A stretch of 64,000 nucleotides of DNA from Octopus vulgaris (GCA_951406725.2 OX597836.1:34658001-34722000); one strand, 5' to 3'; counted from the first letter of the stretch, positions 1 to 13,372 are shown. Notes: generated from the sequence alone by a model not told the origin. Program-made: numbers and translations.

Positions 1-110
1 CCTTATTTGTCCCCTCTGTGTGAAGCCCCTTGTGGGCAGTAAAGAAATAGGTATTTCGGCTGCCGTTACGTTCTGTGTTAATGTTCCACCGTAGTTTTAT
101 TTGCCTTTCA
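1..110 (+). mobile_element. SINE family A fragment (unit tail plus junction into next 184-bp unit)
   Basis: TTTGTCCCCTCTGTGTG..GCCCCTTGTGGGCAGTAAAGAAATAGGTATTTCG matches the unit junction seen at 33400 and 33590. Confidence 0.8.
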
Positions 111-149
111 TTATTTAAGCTGGTATTAAAATTTATCTTAGGGCGGCGA

Positions 150-450
150 ACTGATAAAGAAGAATGGAAGGAAGGAAGGAAGCAAGGATGGAAGGAAAAA
201 AAGAAAGATGGCAGGAACGAAAGAAAGAAAGAGAAAGAAAGAAAAGAGGACGAAAACTCATGCACGATGGGAGATAGAAAAGAAGAAAAGAGAAAGAAAG
301 GTAAGCAGCGAGAAAAGGAGTAAGAGAGAGAGAGAGAATTATAAAAGAAAGAACGAAAGAAGGAAAGATGGAAGGAAAGAAAGAGGTAAAAAAGAAAAAG
401 AAAAGGAAGGAGAAAAAGAAGAGAGAGCAAGAAGGAAAAAAAGAGGTACA
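150..450. repeat. GA-rich low-complexity tract
   Basis: GGAA/GAAA/GA runs; ORFs here are K/E/R artefacts. Confidence 0.85.
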
Positions 451-784
451 AGATATTCTCTCCCCGATGCGTAGATATATCAAAATGGATTAGAGCAAGG
501 TCATTGAGTAAATAAGGCAGACATTTTGGTGTGACATACACTAGAGACTAAATGGCCCAGGAAGGTAGTCTACGCTTGACATTTGCCAAAAGAGAATTTA
601 GGCATTTTGTTGTAGAAAGTGTCAGAATAGTTGAGATATTTTTCGCCGGTTTTTAAGCGAATTTAAGGAAACTTACGTGATTAAGAGGAAAACAAGAATC
701 GGGAGCAAAGAGGGGTGAGCTTGAATTCCTTTCTGAATCAGAACATTGCTGAGGCAGAGAATTAGAAATAAACAGTCTATTGTG

Positions 785-822
<38 letters not shown>

Positions 823-1176
823 ACACGTACTATATACAAGTATATGTGTGCGTATACATATGCATAAAACTATAAATTAATCCGTAAACACCATTCCTGT
901 ATCCGGCATTGTGTATTAGGTGCATATGCATTTGTATACATACCTACACACAAATATAAACACATCCATATATGTGTATGCTTGCATGTATGTACGCATG
1001 TATGTATGTATGTATGTATGTATGTATGTATGTATGTATGTATATATATATATATATTTATGTAGGTATGTATGTATGTATATATATATATGTATATATA
1101 TATATTATAGTAAACAAGACCTGCCTTGATTCTTAGGAATCCTTATAACTAATTTCTTATGTGTACACACACATAC

Positions 1177-1225
<49 letters not shown>

Positions 1226-1479
1226 ACATATATAATATATTTAAGGAAGGGATGTGTTTATTGGACCTGTCAGCACAAAGCATTACGTAGAGATACGCAT
1301 ATATAAGAACATTTATTTATCAACGTATATATACATATGTATAAACACACAAACACAAACACCTCCCCCCACACACATACACACAACTACATATACACAC
1401 ATGCACAAACACACGCACAAACACACATATATATTGATAGATATAAGTGTATATACATATATACAAATACATACATACA

Positions 1480-1525
<46 letters not shown>

Positions 1526-1854
1526 AATACATATATATATACATATATATGTCGGTGTGGAGAGAGAGAAAGAGAGAGATAGAGATAATACTTTACTCTT
1601 TAACTGATCCCTTATTTTCAGCTGATGGGCCCGTGGTCACGCTGTGTGTACATCTTCTGAAGCTTTTAGTCGATCATAATCAATCCCGGTATTTATTTCA
1701 ATTTGGAATTTATTTATTATTATTTTTTTTTCTTTTGTCTATATTTGTCTGTAAAAATGTTATGAAGAATTACGTAAACAATGCCACATTTTAGACCCTA
1801 AATTCACAAACACGCACTTACACACACAAACACACATATATATATATATATTAT

Positions 1855-2160
1855 ATGTAGAAAAATACAAACTGGGACAAGAACGTAAAACATTTAGAAG
1901 ACGATACAAAAAACACGGACTGGACATTCGAAGCCTTCAATCTCAGTAAAGAACCGGAACATCCTCGCAATTTCGGCTGATTAATCTTGAGATCGCTCCG
2001 ATCCGGCCAGTCCCAAGGAAAAACTAAGCTACGAGCATTAGATTTCTTAGAAAAAGGATCGAATGTATACGAAACAAGGACAGAAAAACGGACGATGCCA
2101 CACGAATATAAATACAAAAAACAATAATAGTAATAACAGGACAAAAATAGCGGGTGTCTT
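1855..2160. mobile_element. Interspersed TA-associated repeat (family P1, probable Penelope-like pLTR fragment)
   Basis: AAATACAAACTGGGACAAGAACG..GACGATACAAAAAACACGGAC shared with 12157-12376, 11200-11520 (reverse), 37945 and 44401; abuts (TA)n. Confidence 0.6.
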
Positions 2161-2234
2161 ACGACTATAGACAGTACAACTTAGTTTAGCTGGCGTATTT
2201 GGAAAAAAATGCCTTTTCGGCAGACGAAGAAAAC

Positions 2235-2322
<88 letters not shown>

Positions 2323-2329
2323 TTGTATA

Positions 2330-2588
2330 CTGTCAACATAACGTGACAGTCCCGTAAAGGGAATTACACACCGCTATTTAGACCTATATTAGCTACGTGT
2401 GAATCGTTGACGATTTTCTTCTCCCTCTTTCCCTCCTTTTGGACTTTCCTCTATTTCTGGAGAAGAGCTTTGCTCGAAACCTTAAATCCTCTTTCTTTCC
2501 TTTCCTGAGCATCTGATAATACATTGCTTGTACCTCGTCCTCGCGTTGTTGCTTTTTTTGTTTGTTTTTCTCTATTTGGATTCACTAT

Positions 2589-2590
<2 letters not shown>
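2330..2590 (+). mobile_element. Penelope-like pLTR fragment with minimal hammerhead-like motif (family P2)
   Basis: ATTT-CTGGAGA-AGAGC-TTT-GCTC-GAAAC-CTT-AAAT at about 2453-2487, followed by TTCCTGAGC..TAATACA as at 24320 and 35840. Confidence 0.55.
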
Positions 2591-2630
<40 letters not shown>

Positions 2631-2666
2631 GTGTGTGTGTGTGTATATATATGTATATGTATATAT

Positions 2667-2735
<69 letters not shown>

Positions 2736-2876
2736 AAATTTTGAGTGGAATGACCACTAATAGTGGACAGCCTGTATGCTAGATATAGACGTCAAACTCG
2801 CCAAAATATATATATATATACATATATATATATAAATAACTGAAATAAGCCCATCCTATATAAATATATATAATAA

Positions 2877-3123
2877 ATGCGCTCTTTTAAAGCCTATCCA
2901 GGCTCATGGGCCCGGTTTCCCGGTTTCAATTGCATGTGTGTTCCCCAGCTGGAAGGGACGCCAGTCCATCGCAACGTTACTCATTTTTGCCAGCTGAGTG
3001 GTCTGGAGCAACGTGAAATGAAGTGTTTTGCTCAAGAACACAACGCGTCGCCTGGTCTAGGAATCGAAACCACAATCTTACGATCATGATGCTGACACCC
3101 TAACCACTAACCCACGCGCCTCC
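2877..3123 (-). mobile_element. tRNA-derived SINE, family C head/core with V-like 3' module
   Basis: Minus strand reads GGAGGCGCGTGGGTTAGTGGTTAGG (A box), GGTTTCGATTCC (B box), GTGTTCTTGAGCAAAACACTTCATTTCACGTTGCTCCAG core, then GCGATGGACTGGCGTCCC. Confidence 0.85.
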
Positions 3124-3659
3124 ACAGCTTAGACTTTTCTGGGGGGCAACCAGATCGAACTGTTCAAGTGTAACGTACCTCCACAATATACATACTTCGT
3201 CTTTGTATCTAGTTTGCAAGATTCTTTACGTGAATTCGTGCGTTGAAACAAATGTTCTTGTGTCTGGGGAGCGCCATGCTGCTTTAATGCCTTATTAATT
3301 AACACACGCACCGGTTCTATTTCCACTCATTTATTGTTTATATTTTTTTCTTTTCGAAAGCTTTTCGTTGGTTTTGCAACCTTGCTTATGGATGCTGACT
3401 CTGTCCGTTATCGGAGCTGTGTTCCTTTTATATATTTATATATTTGTTGAGCACTTTCCACGAAAATTAACTCGCGAACACTAATTATAAGTACACCACG
3501 TAGAATGAATATGCTTCATTAAAAAGTGTATACATATGTGTGAGTGTGTGTCCGTCTGTCTGTCTGTGCGTTTGTGTGTGTGTGTCTTTGTGTGTATACA
3601 TGCATATAGGTATATATAAGTATATAAATATATGTATTTACATATATATATATGTATAC

Positions 3660-3799
<140 letters not shown>

Positions 3800-4269
3800 G
3801 AGAGAGGTGCTGTGTATATAGTTATATGAAAATGTGCATGAATATAGAAATGTGGGTGTGTATGTACGTGTATGTATACGATTAAGCGTCTGGTAAGCAT
3901 TCAACGCACTGGTGATTGCGAGACCAATCGTCTCAAGTGAGATGTGGGTTCCCGAGAGAAAAGCCTCTTCAAATTGTACCAAGAAATCCTCGTGGTTAAG
4001 TCTTGAGAATTAATCATAGTGCTGTCTAGACGCTTTGGCTTAAGGACCCACCGACACCATTGAATGGTTGAGAAAGGGCGGAGAGAGAGAGAGAGAGATG
4101 AGAGAGAGAGTGAGAAGAGAAAGAAGGCCAGGCATAGGGGCCGGGACGGGGCGTGGAGGGGGACGGACGGGCGGGCAGGCGGGCGGGTGGGCTGCAAGTG
4201 TGTTTGTTGTTTGTGTCTTTTATATATATATATATACATATATACATATATACGTATGTGTGTTTACGT

Positions 4270-4279
4270 CGTGTGCGTG

Positions 4280-4356
<77 letters not shown>

Positions 4357-4367
4357 ATGTGTGGGGG

Positions 4368-4450
<83 letters not shown>

Positions 4451-4455
4451 TGTGT
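4270..4455. repeat. (GT)n microsatellite
   Basis: Seen directly. Confidence 0.95.
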
Positions 4456-4548
4456 GTATTGCGCTATCGTTATATATTCGACGCATTCAAGTTAAAAGAC
4501 CTCATCAGAAATAGCTTTATCACAGTCAACGGTAATTGTTTTGTTGCT

Positions 4549-4624
4549 GACATCATCATCATCATCGTCGTCGTCGTCATCGTCATCGTCATCATCATCA
4601 ACATCATCATCATCATCATCATCA

Positions 4625-4659
<35 letters not shown>

Positions 4660-4681
4660 ATCATCATCGTCATCGTCGTCA

Positions 4682-4722
<41 letters not shown>

Positions 4723-4832
4723 ATCATCATCGTCATCATCATCATCATCGTCATCGTCATCGTCATCGTCATCATCATCATCGTCATCGTCGTCATCGTC
4801 GTCATCGTCATCGTCATCGTCATCATCATCAA

Positions 4833-4879
<47 letters not shown>

Positions 4880-4978
4880 CCATCGTCGTCGTCATTATCT
4901 TCATCGTTGTCAACCTCGTCTTAATCAACATCATTATCATCATCGTCATCGTCATCATCATCATCGTCATCATCATCA

Positions 4979-5013
<35 letters not shown>

Positions 5014-5072
5014 ATCATCATCGTCATCGTCGTCATCGTCGTCATCGTCATCGTCATCGTCATCATCATCAA

Positions 5073-5128
<56 letters not shown>

Positions 5129-5206
5129 CCATCGTCGTCGTCATTATCTTCATCGTTGTCAACCTCGTCCTAATCAACATCATCATCATCATCATTATCA
5201 TCATCG

Positions 5207-5272
<66 letters not shown>

Positions 5273-5342
5273 ACATCATCATCATCATCATCATCATCAT
5301 CATTATCATCATCGTCATCATCATCATCATCATCATCATCAA

Positions 5343-5398
<56 letters not shown>

Positions 5399-5552
5399 CC
5401 ATCGTCGTCGTCATTATCTTCATCGTTGTCAACCTCGTCCTAATCAACATCATCATCATCATCATCGTCATCGTCATCGTCATCATCATCATCATCATCA
5501 TCAACATCATCATCATCTTCATCGTCATCGTTATCGTCATCATCAACATCAA

Positions 5553-5587
<35 letters not shown>

Positions 5588-5720
5588 CCATCGTCGTCGT
5601 CATTATCTTCATCGTTGTCAACCTCGTCCTAATCAACATCATCATCATCGTCGTCGTCATCGTCGTCGTCGTCATCATCGTCGTCGTCGTCGTCATCATC
5701 ATCGTTGCTGTCGTCGTCGG

Positions 5721-5752
<32 letters not shown>
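4549..5752. repeat. (CAT/CGT)n array with a higher-order repeat
   Basis: The ~55-bp marker CACCATCGTCGTCGTCATTATCTTCATCGTTGTCAACCTCGTC(C/T)TAATCAAC recurs at 4878, 5127, 5397 and 5586. Confidence 0.95.
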
Positions 5753-5881
5753 CTCGTGATCAAAGGAAACCACTTGGCATTATTAGAATCAGTTTTCAAG
5801 AAAATAAAACTCTACAGAACATATTGAATGCTCCGCTTATCTAGGTTACACACATATATTATTCACGAACACACACGCACA

Positions 5882-5937
<56 letters not shown>

Positions 5938-6004
5938 TACACATTAGCACACATCCATACACACTTGTGACCAATAGATTGGTCATATCCGGTAGCGACC
6001 ATGT

Positions 6005-6104
6005 TATGATGAGGATGACGACGTCGAGGAGGAGCAGAAGCAGGAGCAGTAGGAGGAGGAAGTGGACGTTGGCGGCGCTGGTGGTGGTGGTGGTGTTGTT
6101 GTTG

Positions 6105-6136
<32 letters not shown>

Positions 6137-6154
6137 GGTGGTGGTGGTGGTGGT

Positions 6155-6253
<99 letters not shown>

Positions 6254-6297
6254 TGTGGTAGTAGTAGTGCTAGTGATGTTGTTGTTGCTGTTGCTGC

Positions 6298-6355
<58 letters not shown>

Positions 6356-6385
6356 GGTGGTGGTGGTGGTGGTGATGCTGATGTC
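6005..6385. repeat. Compound trinucleotide array (GGT/GTT/GCA/GTA)
   Basis: Seen directly. Confidence 0.95.
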
Positions 6386-6454
6386 CATAATAAATTGCAT
6401 GACAATGACAAGTTCTGCAAAATGATGGCGTCGTTGCTCTTGATCCCGTCATCG

Positions 6455-6845
6455 GAGTGTGGCCATGCTGTGGTACAACTGGAAAAAAAGTTTAGTCGAA
6501 GAAATCAACCCCAGTGCTAATAACTTCCCCTCCCCCCGAAGTCTGGTACTTATTCTGTCGTTCTTTAGGCCGAACCGCTAAGTTATGGGGACATTAACAA
6601 AGCAAAACCGATTGTCAAGCGATGACGGGGGCAAAAACTCAAACACACACACACATATACTTGCATGCATATATATATATACACATATAGAGACATAAAT
6701 GTATGCATACGTGCACACATATATATACATTATATATGCATATATGTATATACATATATATATTCACACATACATATACGTACATGTATATATATATACA
6801 CACAAATGTAGACATATATATGTATGTATATATATACACACATAC

Positions 6846-6904
<59 letters not shown>

Positions 6905-6935
6905 CTGCCCACATATATATATACACAAAAAATGC

Positions 6936-6988
<53 letters not shown>

Positions 6989-7032
6989 CGCATATATATG
7001 TATACATATATATATTCACACACACACATATA

Positions 7033-7068
<36 letters not shown>

Positions 7069-7258
7069 TGTATGTATGTATGTATGTATGTATGTATATA
7101 CACGATGGGCTTCTTTCATTTTCACCTACCAAATCTACCCACAAGGCTTTCGTCAGTCTGGAGCTAATGTAGAAGACACTTGCTGAAGGTGTCGTGCAGT
7201 GGGACTGAACCCGAAGCCAAGTGGTTGGGAAGCGAACTTCTTACCAGACAGCCACATC
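6455..7258 (-). mobile_element. SINE family B, diverged, with expanded internal microsatellite
   Basis: 3' half at 6455-6640 and head at 7103-7258 are separated by about 460 bp of CA/TA/TATG repeats. Confidence 0.75.
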
Positions 7259-7875
7259 TACATCATTACTTATTCGACCTGACTAAGTCTCTCCGGAAAT
7301 TGCTAATACATCGAATTGGGCTTCTGACCAACTAAATGAGAAAATAGGAACCAATAAAGCGGTAGATAGTAGAGAGAATAGATTGGTTTACGATCGAAAT
7401 TCCAAATTATTGATTGTCTTGAAGAGAAAACAATTTCACTTTTGTAAAGCATTCTCTTTGTCTCTTTTTTTCCTCTTTATATTCTTTTTATCTCCCCTTT
7501 TTTCTCTCCCATCCTTTCTCTAATTCTTCTCTTCCCCCTTTCACCGTTCTCTATATGTCCCTCTTTCTTCCTTCCTTGAATCTCTCGTTGCTCACACGTG
7601 ACCAGCGGCCATCTTTCTTTCTTTCTGTCATCTTCAGCTACAGGGATAGCACGTATTTTTGTCTGTCTCCTATCAAAGCTTATTTCTCCAGCATTCACCA
7701 CTTCACCTCGTTATGGCTTAACAACCCTTACCGTTTGCTTTCACTGTCCTGTGATTGTTACCAGCTTTGACCCTCCGCAAATCCCAAAGTTTATTTATTT
7801 AATTTGCCTTGCGGGAGCAACTGTTTTGATGAAGACACATCTTGTCCTAGAGCTTGAAATGTGGAGTAGATAAAC

Positions 7876-8207
7876 AGTGGGCGCAACTGGTACTTAATTT
7901 ATCGACCCCAAAAGGATGAGCGGCAAAGTCGACTTCGGCGGAATTTGAACTCAGAACGTAAAGACAGACGAAATGCCTATTTCTTTACTACCCACAAGGG
8001 GCTAAACACAGACAAGACAAACAAGGACAGACAAACAGATTAAGTCGATTATATCGACCCCAGTGCGTAACTGGTAATTATTTATTCGACTCGGAAAGGA
8101 TGAAAGGCAAAGTCGACCTCGGCGGAATTTGAACTCAGAATGTAACGGCAGACGAAATACCGCTAAGCATTTCGCCTGGCATACTAACGTTTCTGCCAGC
8201 TCACCGC
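7876..8207 (-). mobile_element. SINE family A, dimeric
   Basis: Head GCGGTGAGCTGGCAGAAACGTTAG and B box GAGTTCAAATTCC; body repeated after the AAGAAATAGGCATTTCG junction. Confidence 0.9.
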
Positions 8208-8214
8208 ATTAAGA

Positions 8215-8462
8215 TGCTGAGACCCTCTTCGGTCATGACTGACCGTGGGATTGCACCTAGAAAGTTACCCTCCCAGGCGTAAGTCCGGGAATTCCCTCTC
8301 CACGCCACCAGTGTTATTCAAGGGAAAGGCAAAGGGGCAGATACAGCTTGGCACCTGTGACGTCGCAACTCATTTCTACAGCTGAGTGAACTGGAGCAAC
8401 GTGAAATAAAGTGTCTTGCTCAAGAACATAACACGCAGCCCGGTCCGGGTTTCGAACTCACA
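8215..8462 (-). mobile_element. SINE family C (5'-truncated)
   Basis: GAGTTCGAAACCC B box and GTTCTTGAGCAAGACACTTTATTTCACG core; tail shared with 17236-17509. Confidence 0.85.
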
Positions 8463-8762
8463 ATTTGCATTTAGGAATACAAATCCAGAAATCCGGGATC
8501 TAGAATTATCTAGTAAATATTTTACTAGTTTCATCTTGTCTCTTTGTTTTCTCTCCGTATTGATATATGGACAATTAAGGTGGTTTTAGAGTCAGATCAT
8601 GGCTACTATTTTCAGCATGGTGGTATCTCATAGATACCCTAATTCATAATTTCAATAATTATTACTGTTAAGGTTATTATCGTTTTTCCATGCTGACCAC
8701 TTAATAAAATCGTTGTTTTATTTTTAAATTAACGATCTTATCCTTATATATATATATATATA

Positions 8763-8912
8763 CGATGGGCTTCTTTCAGTTTCCGTCTACTAAATCCACT
8801 CACAAGGGTTTGGTCGGCCCAAGGCTATAGTAGAAGACACTTGCTCAAGGTGCCACGCAGTGGGACTGAACCCGGAACTATGTAGTTGGGACGTAAGTGT
8901 CCCACTCCTACA
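8763..8912 (-). mobile_element. SINE family B head half
   Basis: GGGCTTCTTTCAGTTTCCGTCTAC..GTGGGACTGAACCCGGAAC on the plus strand. Confidence 0.85.
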
Positions 8913-9286
8913 CCAGCGCAGAACTTAGGCACTCCTCCTCGCAGGCATTATATCTATTTGCACGAATTAAGCGATAAAGAAATTACATGTACATGTGTAT
9001 GCGTATGTGTATATGTTTGTGTGTGTGTGTGTGTGTGTGTGTGCGTGCGTGCGTGCGCGTGTGCATGTGTCTACATGCGTAATTGCATGTGTGTTTTCTG
9101 ACTCACGGCACGTTAATATCTCTACTTAAAGCTTAATTTTGGTAACATTAGTTGCCAAGAATTACCTCTTAGAAAGCCCGACCAAACATTTCAGTGAATA
9201 TTAAATGCTCTCTCTATCTTTCTCTATCTCTCTCTTTTTTCTTTTTTTTTTTTCAAACATACATTTGTTTTAAATTTATGTGACAG

Positions 9287-9741
<455 letters not shown>

Positions 9742-10039
9742 AAAGGACATTTTCACAGAATCAGTTTTGGGTTTTGTTTCCTTTTTCTTTTTTTCCTTTC
9801 TTACTTATTTATCTAAAATTCGTTCTACGCTTTTTATTTTAAACGTCAATAGTCGTACTTCTATCTTCGCATAAATGCATGTATGTATATAAAGCCGCAT
9901 ATACGCATTTATGTATGTCTAGCTATTTGACTATACATATACAAGTAAAACAGATTATCGCCTCTGTTTATATTCTTATATACATAAATACATGCGTAGA
10001 TGTAAACATGCATTTTATACAGATAAGTGCATAGATGTA

Positions 10040-10190
<151 letters not shown>

Positions 10191-10342
10191 GCATATATAT
10201 ATATACGCCTGTGTAAGGGAATAGGTAAGTCTATTTATCGTGCAATTTTCGGTATATATACTCTGACATGCAAAGCTTCTTGTAGGGTATATAGAAGTAA
10301 TGTATACATTCACGTAAGCCCTCTCACCATCTATTAAAAATC

Positions 10343-10396
<54 letters not shown>

Positions 10397-10643
10397 GTTT
10401 CTGTGCATATCGATGTATACAAACAATTAGCCCACACAAACTCTAGTTAAGTGTTACATGTCTACATAATAAATAATATATCCATGTATATATATATATA
10501 TATATATACATACAAGAATACATGTATATACATATATTTGTGTGTGTGTGTATGTATGTGTGTTGTGTGTGAATATACGCATAAACTAATGTAGTTGCAG
10601 AATGTAAGAATGTCGTGTTTATATACAAATCTGTGCATAATAC

Positions 10644-10683
<40 letters not shown>

Positions 10684-11530
10684 GTGGCTCTTAACGCATT
10701 TGTAGGTATACATATACGAACATAAACATATAAACAGAAGTGTGTGAGTCTGTGTATGTTGTGTGTGTATGCGTGTGTGTGTATGTATTTGTGTGTACGG
10801 AAATACTAATTCGCATGTAAGACGTTTCTGTTTTCTCTCTCTTTTCTGTGTTGCCGAACAATTAACGATCCCGGATGAAAAACAAAAAAAAGTGAAGAAT
10901 GCCTTTCAAGCTATAAACTATTTCCTCTTTCCAAGAAATGTCTAACTTAGTAAAATGTTGAATTTAGCTTAATTTATTTGTCTTATGTTATGACATGTTG
11001 ACGAGTCTCAACAAGGAGGAAATAGCGCAAAGCATGCCTACGATCGAATAGGATCTTTAAAAACTTTATAATGTGCCGAAAAAAACTTTTACTAAGATGA
11101 ATATACTCTGTATACCTTTTGATATTAATTCCAAATTTTCAAATCTGCCTCAACTTAATTTAATCCAGAATATATTACCAGGAGCATAACATGTATGAAT
11201 GCCTGTATGTTTGTCTCATTTTGTCTCAAAGTCGTAAGACGCCCCCGTATCATTCCTGTTTTTATTCGTTACTGTTTCCAATTTTATCTTCGTCTCTTGT
11301 TTTCCTATTCGTCTCGGTTGTCACATTCTTTCCTTCTACCAAGCAAATCTAATGCCCATAGCTTAGCTTTTCCTTGAGGCTGGCCTTTTCGGAGCAAATC
11401 TCAGAATTAAACAGCCGAAATTTGCCATGATGAATCGGTTTCTGACTGAAGAATGAAGGCTCTGAATTACTGTCCGTTTTTCCGTGTTTGTCAATTCGTG
11501 AATTTCACGTTCTTTATATATAAGTTTTAT

Positions 11531-11581
<51 letters not shown>

Positions 11582-11653
11582 GTAGGATAAAAGTTTTCGA
11601 AAAAAATTCTATCAATCGCCAGCATATTAAAAAATACCTTTAAAGGTTAAATT

Positions 11654-12081
11654 TATAAACAATTTATAAGTAAGGGCAAAAGAAAAAAATTCTAATGCCA
11701 AAATATGCCGAAAAATAGACACAACTTCAATAACCATGTAATTTATCACTAACAAGCACGTATTTCGAAGAATGCTAATACAAATTTCTAAAAAATCCCG
11801 TTATTATCATATCGGACCCGATTTCAGTGTTAGTTCATAAGAACCTTCCCTTTATGAGTGATAAATGCGGCAAAAGGAATAAATGAAATACTTACTTATA
11901 CCCATGGAAGAAGCGAGCACTAAGTCATGAGCACAATTAAGTACTCCCAAATATATCCCAAATATTTCTTCGAAATACATGCTTGTTAGTGATAACTTAC
12001 ATGGTTACTGACGTTGTCTATTTTCGGCATATTTTGGCATTAGAAATTTCTTCTTTAGCCCTTACTTATAAATTGTTTATA
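11654..12081. mobile_element. Inverted-repeat element in TA context (arms about 118 bp)
   Basis: 11654-11772 is the reverse complement of 11966-12081 with few mismatches. Confidence 0.8.
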
Positions 12082-12122
12082 TATATATATATATATATGA
12101 GAGAACAAAGTGTACGTCACCG

Positions 12123-12156
<34 letters not shown>

Positions 12157-12160
<4 letters not shown>

Positions 12161-12374
12161 AAATACAAAATGAGACAAGAACGCAAAACATCCGGACAAC
12201 TAGGTGATACAAAACGGGACAACAAAACATCCAGATAGACGATACAAAAAAACACGGACGGGTTATTCGAAGACGTTTATCTTCAGTCAAGAAACGGATC
12301 AACCTCACCGGATCATCCTAGCAAACAGCCGAGTTGTCCGGATGTTTTGCGTTCTTGTCCCATTTTGTATTTTA

Positions 12375-12376
<2 letters not shown>
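12157..12376. mobile_element. Family P1 fragment with 45-bp inverted ends between (TA)n tracts
   Basis: 12157-12201 versus 12332-12376, one mismatch. Confidence 0.8.
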
Positions 12377-12420
<44 letters not shown>

Positions 12421-12712
12421 TTTAAAAGGGAATAATAGTAGTAACTGAAATGAAATCTCCGATCGTAATCCTTCTTGTTGGCTCCCAAATTTTTTCAATT
12501 TTTTCATTTATCTATTCACACACGACGGAGTTCCAAACGCTACTTACAAATATATATATAATGCTCGAAATTCGAGAGTAGAAAAACAGCTAACAACTGA
12601 TAAAGTGTCGTTCTCTATGCTGTTTGTCTTATTTTCCCTTTGTGTCTTTCGTTGTTCAAAAACATAGTTCATATTCCATGTACTCGTACTTCGTATTTTG
12701 TTTTTGTTGTAA

Positions 12713-12740
12713 GCGTTTCATGACGTCATGTGCCCATATA

Positions 12741-12808
<68 letters not shown>

Positions 12809-12837
12809 TATATGGGCACAGGACGTCATGAAACGCG
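12713..12837. repeat. Inverted repeat enclosing a (TA)n loop
   Basis: GCGTTTCATGACGTCATGTGCCCATATATGC ... GCATATATGGGCACAGGACGTCATGAAACGC. Confidence 0.85.
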
Positions 12838-12853
12838 TACATATATATATATA

Positions 12854-13264
12854 GTGACGTATATTTGCCATTTGAATATGGCTAACCCCTAAGGGTGAAT
12901 GCTACTGTAGTTGGTAGCCCCAGGAGGACACCTCCTCCAGCTGGCTATAGACACACTTTCTGTGCCCTATCAGTATTTGCAAAGGGAAGCCATCCTTCCC
13001 GTCTTCAACTTATGATACACACGGACTCGAGTTTCAGGGTATTGACCCGTCATCGGCGTGTGACAATCATAGTTGTCGACAAGAAGTTGGTTCCCTTCAC
13101 AAATACATATGCTTTTTCCAGTATCGATTGACACTGATATTGAAAAAGTGAAATCAAACACTGATAAATCTCAGAGCGAGTTATAAACAGTAGCAGCAAC
13201 ATATCGTGACGTATATTTGCCATTTGAATATGGCTAACCCCTAAGGGTGAATGCTACTGTAGTT
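12854..13264 (-). mobile_element. Retrozyme-like or Penelope-pLTR-like non-coding retroelement (352-bp monomer plus 59-bp terminal direct repeat)
   Basis: Identical 59-mer at 12854-12912 and 13206-13264; internal hammerhead fold; TA-rich flanks; no credible ORF. Confidence 0.7.
13012..13070 (-). ncRNA. Type I hammerhead ribozyme motif
   Basis: Minus strand: CACACG-CCGAUGA-C-GGGU(CAAU)ACCC-U-GAAAC-UCGA-GUC-CGUGUG. Stems I, II and III are present with a palindromic loop 3 and a GUC site; U4C and the C-U pair at the base of stem II deviate from consensus. Confidence 0.72.
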
Positions 13265-13329
13265 TGTATATATACGTATAGATGTAATTATGTACAAATA
13301 TGTATGCATATATGTATATATATATTATT

Positions 13330-13372
<43 letters not shown>

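Noticed and set aside
4450-5844. 464-aa and 427-aa ORFs (poly-Ile/Val and poly-Met)
   Set aside because: Translations of a CAT triplet array; the more plausible Asp and Ser frames contain stops.
11440-12290. CTGAAGA motifs in family P1 (11446 plus, about 12275 minus) as hammerheads
   Set aside because: Followed by GAAT or GAAU-like variants without consistent stems; too degenerate to call.
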